Numbered from the stretch's first letter, positions 10,390-20,651 are shown. The stretch: DNA of 64,000 nucleotides from Candidatus Bathyarchaeota archaeon (GCA_963811105.1 CAWEPZ010000002.1:352001-416000); one strand, 5' to 3'. Numbers and translations are program-made. Notes: generated by a model from the sequence alone, not told the origin.

Positions 10390-11232
10390 ATGAAAGAAGA
10401 AAAAGTAAAGAAACTAGTTAGAAATCGCTACGCAAAAGTCGCTAAATCAAATGGTTCTTGCTGCGCTTCAAATGTGAGTTGCTGTTCAGCTCCGACAAAC
10501 GAGCAAGTAAGCAAAATGATAGGTTATAGCGAAGAAGAATTGAATTCGGTTCCAGAAGGTGCCAATCTTGGTTTAGGCTGCGGCAATCCGACTGCTTTAG
10601 CGTCTTTGAAAGAGGGCGAAAGAGTTTTGGACCTAGGTTCAGGTGCAGGATTTGACTGTTTTTTGGCCGCCCAGAAAGTTGGAAAACAAGGCAAAGTCAT
10701 AGGAGTAGACATGACCCCTGAAATGCTCGACAAAGCTAGGACTAACGCCAAAAAAGGCAAATACACAAACGTCGATTTCAGACTTGGAGAAATTGAAAAT
10801 CTCCCAGTCGCTGACAATTCAGTCGACGTTGTAATTTCAAACTGCGTAATCAACTTGGCACCAAATAAGAAGCGAGTATTCGAAGAAGCTTTCAGAGTTC
10901 TCGCGCCTAATGGTCGATTAATGGTTTCAGACATTGTCCTCCTAAGAGAGTTACCTGAATCCATTCAAAAGAATGTTGAAGCCTACGCTGGATGCATTGC
11001 TGGAGCAGAAATAAAAGACAAATACCTTGAACTAATTCGAAAAGCTGGGTTCCAAGAAGTAAAAGTTTTAGAGGAAAAAACATACCCTCTCGAATACATT
11101 GTAAGCGAATCCACATTAAAAGAAGCAATCAAAATGGCAAGCATGACGGAAGAAGAGGTAAAGGAAGCAGCAAACATTGTGGTAAGCATGAAAGTCTCAG
11201 CAATTAAGCGATTAGCGAGGAATGAATTATAA
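10390..11232 (+). CDS. arsM: Arsenite S-adenosylmethionine methyltransferase
   Basis: N-terminal CC pairs, GLGCGNP, DLGSGAGFD, SNCVINL, GCIAGA. Confidence 0.92.
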   Translation: MKEEKVKKLVRNRYAKVAKSNGSCCASNVSCCSAPTNEQVSKMIGYSEEELNSVPEGANLGLGCGNPTALASLKEGERVLDLGSGAGFDCFLAAQKVGKQGKVIGVDMTPEMLDKARTNAKKGKYTNVDFRLGEIENLPVADNSVDVVISNCVINLAPNKKRVFEEAFRVLAPNGRLMVSDIVLLRELPESIQKNVEAYAGCIAGAEIKDKYLELIRKAGFQEVKVLEEKTYPLEYIVSESTLKEAIKMASMTEEEVKEAANIVVSMKVSAIKRLARNEL

Positions 11233-11258
11233 AGCTCTTTCTTCCACCACAAACGATA

Positions 11259-11804
11259 TTGCTCCCCTCTCCAGTGCTCATCATAGGAACTTATGGCATC
11301 GATGGCAAACCTAATATCATGACTGCCGCATGGGGAGGAATCGTATCAAGCAAACCGCCATGTATCAGTGTATCTCTAAGGGAAGCAACGCTTAGTTATC
11401 ATAACATCCAACAGACACAGGCATTCACAGTGAATATTCCCTCTGAAAAATATTTCAAGGAGGCTGACTTTGTTGGCATGGTGTCGGGAAGAGCGTGCAA
11501 CAAATTTAAGGAAACCCGCCTTAATCCAGAAAAGAGCAAACTGGTCAATGCCCCAATCGTAAAGGAATTTCCATATGCCCTTGAATGCAATCTCATCAAG
11601 CAGGTCGATCTTGGTCTTCATACAATGTTCATTGGCGAAATTGTCGGAATGGTCGCTGATAGCGAGGCTCTAAATCCAGATAAACTTCCAGACATCGAGA
11701 AGGTGCGACCAATCCTGTTTGGTTCATTCGGCAGTATGGCTTATTATAATATCGGTGATAAACTTGGCGAAGCGTTCTCCATCGGAAACCAACTACAACG
11801 GTAA
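11259..11804 (+). CDS. Flavin reductase / flavoredoxin family protein
   Basis: GKPNIMTAAWGG, FTVNIP, LEC..GLHTMFIGEI. Confidence 0.88.
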   Translation: MLPSPVLIIGTYGIDGKPNIMTAAWGGIVSSKPPCISVSLREATLSYHNIQQTQAFTVNIPSEKYFKEADFVGMVSGRACNKFKETRLNPEKSKLVNAPIVKEFPYALECNLIKQVDLGLHTMFIGEIVGMVADSEALNPDKLPDIEKVRPILFGSFGSMAYYNIGDKLGEAFSIGNQLQR

Positions 11805-12357
11805 TAAATTAAAAACCGCGCTTTTTCCAAGCTAATGGGCTTAATCTAAAAAGAATATTACACGCCCTTTGAGAGGAGAAAGCATACATGCAAAGGATAT
11901 TTCACTGAGAATTTATGTTTAGAAAATCTAATAAAAGAAGTTGGGGAAAACAAGTTTATCGGTTAAAAAGGCGAGGATGAGCTTTGTCTCAGACAGAACC
12001 TTCCTATTCCGTATACTTGGACATAATGATGTAATCGTGGGGGTCTCTCGCTTTTCTGTGGTTTCCTGTTTACGTCAATTACTTTCATTCTAACTTCGCT
12101 CTAAAACTAGGAAGTACTGCTAGCCAGGCAACAATTTTATTCCTGACTTTGATCTTTTACTTTTCTTTGTACGTACTGTTCGACAATCTGGAAATCCTTA
12201 TCTAATATCCATAAGTGCATGTGCCGCTTTTCAAGTCTCTCTCAGTTGCGGTTATGATTTTTTTAAAGAATTCAATTATATTAACAAAATCAAGATAGAT
12301 GACCTTTCGGTTTCTAAGACACAAAATAATTAAGCAGTGAGCCGCAAGTAGCAATTA

Positions 12358-12813
12358 ATGAACGACAACGAATTTACCCCAGAACTTGTTGCGCCATGCG
12401 GAATGAACTGCGGGATATGTAGAGCCTACTTGGCATACATCCACAGCGTACCACGGGTAAGAGGTAAAGTAACATACTGCGCAGGCTGTATTCCTCGAGG
12501 TAAAAACTGCTACGTAATACGTGGCTGCCCAAAACTTAGAAAACATCAAATTCAATCTTGTAGCGAATGCGAAACAATTCCGTGTGAAAAACTTAAACAC
12601 CTTGACAAACGTTACAGGGAACGCTATGGTATGAGTATGGTTGAAAACCTAAAAATGGTAAAAACCAGAGGTATGGATGAATTCCTTAAAAGCCAAACCG
12701 AAAAGTATTCTTGTCCGAGTTGCGGTGACGTGGTTTGTGTGCATGACGCCAAATGCTATTCGTGTGGCTACAAAAGAAACCCTAAACGCTGTATTTTTCC
12801 ACGATTTCTCTAA
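12358..12813 (+). CDS. Cys-rich DUF3795-like protein
   Basis: APCGMNCGIC, CAGC, CSEC..PC and C-terminal CPSCG..C.H...C..C. Confidence 0.8.
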   Translation: MNDNEFTPELVAPCGMNCGICRAYLAYIHSVPRVRGKVTYCAGCIPRGKNCYVIRGCPKLRKHQIQSCSECETIPCEKLKHLDKRYRERYGMSMVENLKMVKTRGMDEFLKSQTEKYSCPSCGDVVCVHDAKCYSCGYKRNPKRCIFPRFL

Positions 12814-13318
12814 TTGTATTTAGATTCCTAGTTGTGGCTTTTTCCTTAAGTTTTGACTCCAAAAACGAGTTAGGCAACGCTCCTTCTCCGCCACCATGGG
12901 TCACACTAAAAACCTCTGTGCCTTTTGCTGAAATTACTTCTGCAGTTGATTTTGGAATCGTCATGGGCAACTCAAAAGGAAATTTTGCTGGGGCAGCCGC
13001 AAGAAAAGTCACCAAAAAGCTTCTGCCTTCTTTGCTTTGCCCTTCGAAGGGTTCGCTCTGGATTACCTCTTTAACCTTAGAGATTGATCGGATAAACACT
13101 GACACATTGTATCCTAATACGTTCAGAAGTTTGTCCTCTATTCTTGTTCTGATTTCTTCAACGTTTTCGTCGAAGGTTTCGAAAATTACATTCCCGCTTT
13201 GCTTGTAAGTGCAAACGTTTTGAAAGCCTAAAGTAGTGAAGGCTTCTTGCAGTTTCTCTTTTCTAACGATGCGTCCGCCAACGTTGATTCCTCTTAAGAA
13301 AGCTACAAAGAGAGGCAT
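12782..13318 (-). CDS. DUF1697 family protein
   Basis: AFLRGINVGG, TYKQSGNVIF, TTRN. Confidence 0.88.
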   Translation of the reverse strand: MPLFVAFLRGINVGGRIVRKEKLQEAFTTLGFQNVCTYKQSGNVIFETFDENVEEIRTRIEDKLLNVLGYNVSVFIRSISKVKEVIQSEPFEGQSKEGRSFLVTFLAAAPAKFPFELPMTIPKSTAEVISAKGTEVFSVTHGGGEGALPNSFLESKLKEKATTRNLNTIREIVEKYSV

Positions 13319-14227
13319 CTACTTCATCAGTTTCAGCATTATGGCCTTAGCCGAATACAGTCTGTTTTCTGCCTGCTCATAAATTACAGACTTCGTGTTT
13401 TCAATGGTTTCAGCGCTTATTTCGTACCCTCGGTGAATCGGCATATCGTGCATGATATAGGCACCAACACCTTTCAGAAGTTCAGCGTTGATTTGGTAAG
13501 GCATCATAAGTTTAATGCGGTTCTCCTTTTCTAAGGCAAACTTGGGTTCAGTAAAGAACTCCATATCAATCCACGTATCAGTGTAAACGAAATCTGCATC
13601 TTTAACCGCTTTCTTGGCATCCAAAGTTGACTGCCAAAGTCCGCTCTTTCTAGCCTCGGCCAATAGCTCATCGTCTCTTGCGGCTTCATTGAAAATCGGT
13701 GTAACGGTTGTCAGTTTGACTCCTGTTTTGGTGCAGCCCTCGATGAGAGAGTTACAAACGTTATTGTGAACGCCTATGTAAACAAGCTTAGCATCTTTCA
13801 AAGTGCCCCTTTTCTCCTTTATGGTGATTAGGTCGGCTAGTGCTTGGCTTGGATGATACTTCTCGTCGCAACCATTGATCACCGGAACCCGTGAAGCATT
13901 AGCCATTTTCGTCAAATCGCTGTCGCAAAGCAATCGAGCCATTATGCAATTAACATTACGAGACAAATACCTAATCTCATCTGAAATATCCGCCAACGTG
14001 AAGTTGGTAGTTCGCCAATCAATAAATAAGCCGTGACCGCCAAGCTGCGTAGCCGCCACCTCAAAAGCAACTCTTGTGCGCGTGGATGTTTTTTGGAAAA
14101 TCAACGCAATTGATTTGTTCTCAAACGCTTTACCAAATCTTGCAGGGTTGTGTTTAATTTCGATGCCTAAATCAACCATTGCAGTAAGCTCTTGGCTGGA
14201 TAATTCTTTGAAATTAATCAGATGCAT
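13319..14227 (-). CDS. argF: Ornithine carbamoyltransferase-family transcarbamylase
   Basis: STRTR and HPSQ carbamoyl-phosphate motifs; HDMP and DTWIDMEF variants. Confidence 0.85.
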   Translation of the reverse strand: MHLINFKELSSQELTAMVDLGIEIKHNPARFGKAFENKSIALIFQKTSTRTRVAFEVAATQLGGHGLFIDWRTTNFTLADISDEIRYLSRNVNCIMARLLCDSDLTKMANASRVPVINGCDEKYHPSQALADLITIKEKRGTLKDAKLVYIGVHNNVCNSLIEGCTKTGVKLTTVTPIFNEAARDDELLAEARKSGLWQSTLDAKKAVKDADFVYTDTWIDMEFFTEPKFALEKENRIKLMMPYQINAELLKGVGAYIMHDMPIHRGYEISAETIENTKSVIYEQAENRLYSAKAIMLKLMK

Positions 14228-14323
14228 TTTGCTTGGCCTTAAGTTACGCTGACTAGGCCAACAATTATAAGCTTTATGGAAAACCTTTTCACCCAACAAG
14301 GCACAAAGATGAAGTGAGTCAGC

Positions 14324-15148
14324 ATGATTCTACTCGTAGCTTCAAACAAAGACGGAGCGAGCCTTAACATTAAGAGGCAAATCCTTTCCAGCTATCCCTT
14401 CAAGGAAACTGGAGATAGGTACCACCAAAACCCAATCTACACAGCTGACATAAACAAAAATAAAATATCGCTTATAACTCTAAGTCACGAATCCATCAAC
14501 GCGCAATCATTGCCCGAGAGCTTTCCGGAAGCAAAACTAATAGTCTTCATCTCAAGGCATAGCAGTGCAAGCGGCAAACCAACGTTATCTGTTCACACTC
14601 CAGGAAACTTGGCTGAAGCAGGACTTGGTGGCTTGCCAAAAACTGTCTCGGTTTCACCTGCAACAGCGATGCGGGATGCATTAAAATCGTTGCAACAACA
14701 AAAAGAACAGATGAAGCTTGAATACGAAGTGTCATACGAGTGCACCCATCATGGCCCAAGTCTAAATGTACCGACAATGTTTGTAGAACTCGGCAGTTCC
14801 GAACCGCAATGGCAAGATTCAAGGGCTGCAGAAGCTGTTGCTCATGCGGCAATGTCAGCTATTGCCAATTTTTCAGCACCAACTAACGCTGCTGTTCTGG
14901 GTATAGGTGGGACACATTACAATCAGAAGTTTACAGCAATGGCTATGGATGAAGAAGCAGTATTCAGTCATATGATACCAAAATATGCCATCTCCACAAT
15001 TGATTCTGAAATGCTATCTCAGTGCATTCAGAAAACTTTGGAGAAGGTTTCGTTGGCGCTTCTTGATTGGAAGGGAATCAGAAGCCAAGATAAGCCAAAA
15101 CTCATGCTTGTTCTGCAAGATGTTAATTTACCCAGTAAGAAAGTTTAA
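14324..15148 (+). CDS. dtdA: D-aminoacyl-tRNA deacylase (DTD2)
   Basis: SRHSS..LSVHTPGN, ECTHHGPS, FVELGS, GGTHY. Confidence 0.92.
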   Translation: MILLVASNKDGASLNIKRQILSSYPFKETGDRYHQNPIYTADINKNKISLITLSHESINAQSLPESFPEAKLIVFISRHSSASGKPTLSVHTPGNLAEAGLGGLPKTVSVSPATAMRDALKSLQQQKEQMKLEYEVSYECTHHGPSLNVPTMFVELGSSEPQWQDSRAAEAVAHAAMSAIANFSAPTNAAVLGIGGTHYNQKFTAMAMDEEAVFSHMIPKYAISTIDSEMLSQCIQKTLEKVSLALLDWKGIRSQDKPKLMLVLQDVNLPSKKV

Positions 15149-15243
15149 ACGACCAGTATAAGAAGCTTTAAAAGTCTTGGTAAACTTGTTTTAAAACTCC
15201 TTACAGTAATGTTTATTATTCATAAATGAAATCTTGGTGTGCG

Positions 15244-15438
15244 ATGAATATGGGAATAAAATCTTGGCTAACACAAGCAGCAAGAACCTTAAAGTTAGCT
15301 GTAAAACCGGGCAGAGAAGAGCTCTGGCTATCAATAAAAATCAGTCTACTAGGTATAGGCGCTGTTGGTTTAATTGGTTTTATAATTAAATTGTTATCTT
15401 ACGCAATTGGCGGCGCAGCCGCACCCGCATCATCTTAA
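15244..15438 (+). CDS. secE: Protein translocase SecE/Sec61-gamma
   Basis: LKLAVKPGREE plus TM helix; position before spt5. Confidence 0.88.
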   Translation: MNMGIKSWLTQAARTLKLAVKPGREELWLSIKISLLGIGAVGLIGFIIKLLSYAIGGAAAPASS

Positions 15439-15454
15439 AGGGAACTTGAAATTT

Positions 15455-15928
15455 ATGGACAAGAAAGAGGAGCAAACACAAGCAAAAATTTTTGTGGTCA
15501 AAACCACAACGGGGCAAGAACGGAACGTTGCAAGGTTAATTGCTTCAAAAGTGGAAATGAACCATATCCCAATAAAATCTCTTCTTGTACCAGATACATT
15601 GAAAGGTTATGTGTTTGTTGAAGCTGATGGACCACATTTGGTCGAAGAAGCTATTACAGGCTTAAGACACGTACGTTCCAGAATCCCTGGCCTCGTAAGC
15701 TTCATTGAAATAGAACGATATATTGTCCGAAAACCAGTTATGGAAGACCTTAACGAAGATGATGTCGTCGAAATCACTGGTGGACCATTCAAAGGAATGC
15801 GAGCCAAAATCACAAGGCTCGACAAAGCAAAAGGGGAAGTTACCCTCGAACTGCTTGAGGCAACATTCACTTTGCCAATCACAGTGCATTCAGACTATGT
15901 GAAACTAGTAGAAAAAGCAAAAACATAA
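15455..15928 (+). CDS. spt5: Transcription elongation factor Spt5
   Basis: NGN domain (TTGQE, KGYVFVE) and KOW (GGPFKG). Confidence 0.95.
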   Translation: MDKKEEQTQAKIFVVKTTTGQERNVARLIASKVEMNHIPIKSLLVPDTLKGYVFVEADGPHLVEEAITGLRHVRSRIPGLVSFIEIERYIVRKPVMEDLNEDDVVEITGGPFKGMRAKITRLDKAKGEVTLELLEATFTLPITVHSDYVKLVEKAKT

Positions 15929-15943
15929 AATTGGTGAAATAAT

Positions 15944-16435
15944 ATGGGAGAGAAGAAAGTTGTAGAATTACTCGTAAATGGCGGACAAGCCAACGCAGGT
16001 CCACCATTAGGTCCCGCTCTAGGTCCATTAGGACTAAACGTTATGGCTGTCGTTACAAAAATTAACGAGCTCACAAAAGATTACGCCGGAATGAAAGTTC
16101 CAGTAAAAATCACCGCTGACACGGAAGAAAAAACATTTGAGGTCTCGGTGGGTACTCCAACAGCTTCAGCATTAATCGTTGCTGAACTCAAAATTGAGAA
16201 GGGATCAGGAACGCCTAACACTGTGAAAGTGGGAGATTTGTCAATGGAGCAGATGGTGCGCATAGCAAAAATCAAAGGGCCTCAACTTTTGGCGACTAAT
16301 ATCAAGGATGCAACCAAAGAGTTGCTTGGAACCTGCGTTAGCTTAGGCGTCACTGTTGAAGGCAAAGACCCTAGAGAAGTACAAAAAGAAATTGATGCTG
16401 GCACTTACGAAGAGCTATTTGGTACTGACCAATGA
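15944..16435 (+). CDS. rpl11: 50S ribosomal protein uL11
   Basis: [20 protein letters not shown]. Confidence 0.97.
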   Translation: MGEKKVVELLVNGGQANAGPPLGPALGPLGLNVMAVVTKINELTKDYAGMKVPVKITADTEEKTFEVSVGTPTASALIVAELKIEKGSGTPNTVKVGDLSMEQMVRIAKIKGPQLLATNIKDATKELLGTCVSLGVTVEGKDPREVQKEIDAGTYEELFGTDQ

Positions 16436-16490
16436 TAAGCGAATATTTTTATAATGGGTTTCTAATCCCTCATTGGCACGAGGCTTAAAA

Positions 16491-17141
16491 ATGCCCCTAG
16501 ACAACAAAACGATTTCAGAAGCAGTTAAACAGGCGAAGGCGAAGTCTGGCGAGAAAAAATTCAACCAGACCGTAGACATGATCTTAGATATTATGGAGAT
16601 CGATATGAAGGCGCCAGAAGGGAAAATCCAAGAGATTGTTGAACTTCCTCATTCAACTGGCAAACCAAATAAAGTCTGCGTTATTGCTTCTGGAGAATTT
16701 GCGTTTAAAGCACGAAACGCACAGGCTGATTATGTTATTGAACGCGGCGACTTAGATTCTTTAAATGGCAAAAAGAAGGAACTGCGCAAACTCGCTAGCG
16801 AATATGACGTTTTCATATCGGAGGCGCCGTTAATGCCACTTGTGGGCAGAATTCTTGGTCCGGTTTTGGGTCCAAGAGGAAAAATGCCTATACCTGTTCC
16901 ACCTAACGCTGACATTGCAGCCCTGATTATTAAGCACCGTAAAACTGTAGTTGTTAGAATGCGTAGCCAACCAATTATTCAAGTTTCAGTTGGCACCCAA
17001 CAGATGAAGGATGAAGAACTTGTCGACAACATTATGGCTGTTCTTCGTGTCTTAGAAGGAAAACTTAAGCGTGGATTGAAAAACGTAAAGTATGCTTTCA
17101 TAAAAACATCTATGGGTGAACCAGTAAAAATTAAACCTTAG
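16491..17141 (+). CDS. rpl1: 50S ribosomal protein uL1
   Basis: KFNQTVD, LGPRGKMP, KTSMG. Confidence 0.97.
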   Translation: MPLDNKTISEAVKQAKAKSGEKKFNQTVDMILDIMEIDMKAPEGKIQEIVELPHSTGKPNKVCVIASGEFAFKARNAQADYVIERGDLDSLNGKKKELRKLASEYDVFISEAPLMPLVGRILGPVLGPRGKMPIPVPPNADIAALIIKHRKTVVVRMRSQPIIQVSVGTQQMKDEELVDNIMAVLRVLEGKLKRGLKNVKYAFIKTSMGEPVKIKP

Positions 17142-17155
17142 TGAGAAGACAAATC

Positions 17156-18022
17156 ATGCCGTCCCAACAAGTATTAGAGGAAAAATCAAGCGAAGTAGAA
17201 GCAATAAAAGACATATTAAAAGAACACAAATCCATTGGCATCGCTAGCCTGAAAAAGGTTCGCGCTTCCCAACTTCAAGAACTCAAGAAAAGCATGGCTG
17301 GCAAAGTTTACCTCAGAGTGCTAAAGAATACGCTTATGAAAATAGCAATTGAAGAGATGAATCAAAAAGACCTAAAGAAGCTTGAAGTTTATTTGGACGG
17401 ATCAAACGTTTACTTGTTCACAGATCTAAACCCCTTCAAACTGGCATTACTATTAGAGAGGGGTAAAGTAAAAACAACTGCGAAATCAGGTGACATCGCA
17501 GCTATGGACGTGGTTGTTCCTTCAGGAAACACAGCACAACCTCCAGGTCCATTCATCAGCCAACTGAACGCTGTAGGTTTACCAACAAGAATTGAATCTG
17601 GCAGCGTTTGGGTTAGCAAAGACACATTGGTCGTTCGCAGGGGCGAAGTTATCAATGAACGCCTTGCAGGTGTTCTCTCAAAACTCGGCATAAAAGCAGT
17701 TGAATTGGGAATTTCAATGAGGGCAGTTTTCGACAACGGTTTAATGATTACTGGCGACCAGCTTGTAGTTGATATTGCTGCAACAAAAAGAAGCGTTGAA
17801 CAAAGCAACCAAGAAGCCTTCGCACTTGCCATGGGCATATCTTATCCAACTGCAGAAACAATCAAACCACTAATACAGAATGCACACCAAAAAGCTCTTG
17901 CATTAGCAGTCAGCGCAGCAATCCCAACGAAAGAAACAATCGGCGCCCTAATTCGCAAAGCAAACATGGAAATGTCAAGTTTAAGCGGTGCAGTTGGAAA
18001 AGTGGAACCAAAGGCAGCATAA
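17156..18022 (+). CDS. rpl10: 50S ribosomal protein uL10 (P0)
   Basis: KNTL, NPFKL, PPGP insertion domain, stalk-binding helices; no acidic tail. Confidence 0.95.
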   Translation: MPSQQVLEEKSSEVEAIKDILKEHKSIGIASLKKVRASQLQELKKSMAGKVYLRVLKNTLMKIAIEEMNQKDLKKLEVYLDGSNVYLFTDLNPFKLALLLERGKVKTTAKSGDIAAMDVVVPSGNTAQPPGPFISQLNAVGLPTRIESGSVWVSKDTLVVRRGEVINERLAGVLSKLGIKAVELGISMRAVFDNGLMITGDQLVVDIAATKRSVEQSNQEAFALAMGISYPTAETIKPLIQNAHQKALALAVSAAIPTKETIGALIRKANMEMSSLSGAVGKVEPKAA

Positions 18023-18176
18023 ACTTTCAGTCTTTCTGATTTCATTTTCTGATGCCAATAGATAAATTCCATATTGGCTAAAGGATAAAACAAATTCTGC
18101 TTAGTTTTCTGTTTTGTTTTGATAAGGCTTAATAGTTTCTTACGTCGTGTAGATTTAAATTAATAAGTGACTTGGC

Positions 18177-19460
18177 ATGGTTGATGTTTGGCTTCCTTAC
18201 GGAAAAACCGACGTATGCGTTCGTGTTCCAGCCCGAAACCTCCTAGGAACAATCGAACCAGTACCGCGCCAAGGGGTATCAGACGCTAAAGCAGAGATTG
18301 AGAGAGCGTTGAAAGAACCCATAGGTTCAAAACGTTTGAGTGAAATTGCCAAACCAGAAAGCAAAGTTGCAATCGTGGTGGATGATGCAACCCGTAAAGC
18401 GCCAAGTGAAGTGATGCTTCTGCCTGTGTTAGCTGAATTGAATTTCGCAGGCGTAAAGGACGAAAATGTTACGGTTATTTTTGGATGCGGAACGCATCGG
18501 GCGGTGAAGCCTGAAGAAGCCGCAGTGCTTATTGGTTTGGAAGCGTGTAAAAGGGTTAAGACCGTCAGCCACGATTGTCGAGCACAAGATTTAGTGAATA
18601 TCGGCACGACTAAGATCCACGGCAATAAAGTGTTTCTAAACCGCTTGTTCGCTGAGGCTGATGTGCGGGTACTTTTGGGCGATGTAGGTTTTCATTATTA
18701 TGCTGGTTACGGCGGCGGAAGAAAAAGTGTTTTGCCCGCCGTTTGTGGCGAAGAAACTATAAAACACAACCATGCAATGCTACTTCACGCTAACGCCAGG
18801 TCAGGAAACTTGGATGATAACCCTGTGCATCAAGACATGATTGAAGCAGGAAGACTAGCCAAAGTTGACTTTATCGTAGATGTTGTTGAAAACAAAAAAG
18901 GTGAAATTGTCAAAGCATTTGCCGGCGACTTGGAACAGGCTTTTTTGGAAGCTGTGAAACTGGTTGATGAAATGTATCGAATTACAGTGGACCGCCGGGC
19001 TGACATTATTGTTGTAAGTGCGGGAGGGCATCCTGCAGATATGAACCTTTACCAAGCCTACAAAGCGCTTGATAATGCGTTGGATGCGGTTAAGCGTGGA
19101 GGAGTCATAATTCTTGTTGCTGAGTGCCCGGAAGGGCATGGCAACCAAGTGTTCTATGATTGGATGACGAGGTTGGGTGACTTGAAGAATGTGGAGCGGG
19201 AAATCAAACGCAACTTTATCATGGGCGGCCACAAAGCATATTACCTCTTAAGAGCCCTGCAGAACCATCAAATCATCCTAGTCTCTTCTTTGCCTGATTA
19301 TTATGCAACAAGCATATTCAAGTTGAGAACTGCGCGAGCCGTCAACGACGCACTAGCAGAAGCGTTAAAGATTGCAGGTTCAGCTTCAAGGGTATGGGCA
19401 ATGCCTCAGGGAAGCTCCACGTTGCCTATTTTCAAGACACCCGAAGAATCAAAAAATTAG
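18177..19460 (+). CDS. larA: Nickel-pincer-dependent lactate racemase family protein
   Basis: DDATR, GTHR, HYYAGYGGGRKS, NLYQAYK, ECPEG. Confidence 0.88.
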   Translation: MVDVWLPYGKTDVCVRVPARNLLGTIEPVPRQGVSDAKAEIERALKEPIGSKRLSEIAKPESKVAIVVDDATRKAPSEVMLLPVLAELNFAGVKDENVTVIFGCGTHRAVKPEEAAVLIGLEACKRVKTVSHDCRAQDLVNIGTTKIHGNKVFLNRLFAEADVRVLLGDVGFHYYAGYGGGRKSVLPAVCGEETIKHNHAMLLHANARSGNLDDNPVHQDMIEAGRLAKVDFIVDVVENKKGEIVKAFAGDLEQAFLEAVKLVDEMYRITVDRRADIIVVSAGGHPADMNLYQAYKALDNALDAVKRGGVIILVAECPEGHGNQVFYDWMTRLGDLKNVEREIKRNFIMGGHKAYYLLRALQNHQIILVSSLPDYYATSIFKLRTARAVNDALAEALKIAGSASRVWAMPQGSSTLPIFKTPEESKN

Positions 19461-19552
19461 AATCTCCAAATTGTTGCGGACATTAATTGATTATTTCAAT
19501 AAACGCAACATTTAAGTTTAAACGGTGAAATGTGTTTTAAGAAGGCGAAAGA

Positions 19553-20029
19553 ATGCAACAAACATTCAAGCTTCGCAAATTCCAGCCTGATGACTTACAA
19601 GGGGTAATGCAAATTAACCGAGTATGCTTACCTGAAAATTATACCGATTTTTTCTTTATGGATTTGCATCAAAGATACCCGGAAACTTTCATTATAGCTG
19701 AAGAAAACGGTGAAATAGCCGGCTATATCATGTGTCGCGTTGAAGTAGGCTTGTCAAATTATGGTTTTGGCGGTTTAATTAGAAAAGGACATGTTGTATC
19801 AATAGCTGTTATGCCTCAGCACAGGCGAAAAGGTGTCGCTCAAGCATTAATTAATAAGGCCTCGGAAGGAATGCAGTATTACAAAGCTAAGCAATGTTTT
19901 CTAGAAGTCAGGGTGACTAATGATGCTGGTATTTCGCTCTATAAGAAGCTGATCTTTGAAGTAACCAGAACCATAAACGGGTATTATTCTGATGGCGAAG
20001 ACGCCTACGTTATGACAAAACGTCTTTAG
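19553..20029 (+). CDS. N-terminal acetyltransferase (Ard1/RimI family)
   Basis: CLPENY, GHVVSIAV, RRKGVA, LEVRVTN, YYSDGEDAY. Confidence 0.92.
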   Translation: MQQTFKLRKFQPDDLQGVMQINRVCLPENYTDFFFMDLHQRYPETFIIAEENGEIAGYIMCRVEVGLSNYGFGGLIRKGHVVSIAVMPQHRRKGVAQALINKASEGMQYYKAKQCFLEVRVTNDAGISLYKKLIFEVTRTINGYYSDGEDAYVMTKRL

Positions 20030-20195
20030 GCTGAGCTAATTCTTCTTAATGCAAAAGCAGATCGTCAAGTTTACTTAAACAATCATTCTCTGACAAGCGA
20101 TAACGTACTCCCGCGAGCTTGCTGCCTGTAGTTAACATCGGAACAATTATAAGCCAACTTCCATGAAGCTGATTTAATAAAGGGGAGCAAAAGAA

Positions 20196-20651
20196 ATGGC
20201 AAAAACAGCATTAATAGGGCGCAAGAAGAGAATCGCGTTTATTGCTCATGACAATAAAAAAGAGGACATGTTGGAATGGGCAAAATATAACCTTGGCACC
20301 CTGAAACAGCATGAATTGTACGCTACAGGAACCACTGGCAGGCTAATCGAAAACGAGTTATGTTTGAAAATCAAGATTCTAGAGAGCGGACCATTAGGCG
20401 GCGACCAACAAATTGGAGCACGTATAGCAGATGGAGAAATAGACTTCTTAATTTTCTTCTGGGATCCACTAGCACCTTTGCCTCATGACCCGGATGTAAA
20501 AGCACTTTTGCGAATAGCTGCATTGTGGAATATTCCTATAGCATGTAACAGGGCTTCAGCTGACTTCATTATTTCTTCACCGTTAATGTGCCAAGACTAC
20601 CAGCGCATTTTACCCGATTACAGTAGTTACCGTGAACGATCCAAACAATGA
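20196..20651 (+). CDS. mgsA: Methylglyoxal synthase
   Basis: AHDNKK, ATGTTG, SGPLGGDQQIG, PHDPDVKALLR. Confidence 0.95.
   Translation: MAKTALIGRKKRIAFIAHDNKKEDMLEWAKYNLGTLKQHELYATGTTGRLIENELCLKIKILESGPLGGDQQIGARIADGEIDFLIFFWDPLAPLPHDPDVKALLRIAALWNIPIACNRASADFIISSPLMCQDYQRILPDYSSYRERSKQ

Noticed and set aside
10136-12813. Mercury methylation locus
   Set aside because: No HgcA cap-helix motif (NVWCAAGK) and no HgcB ferredoxin in the window
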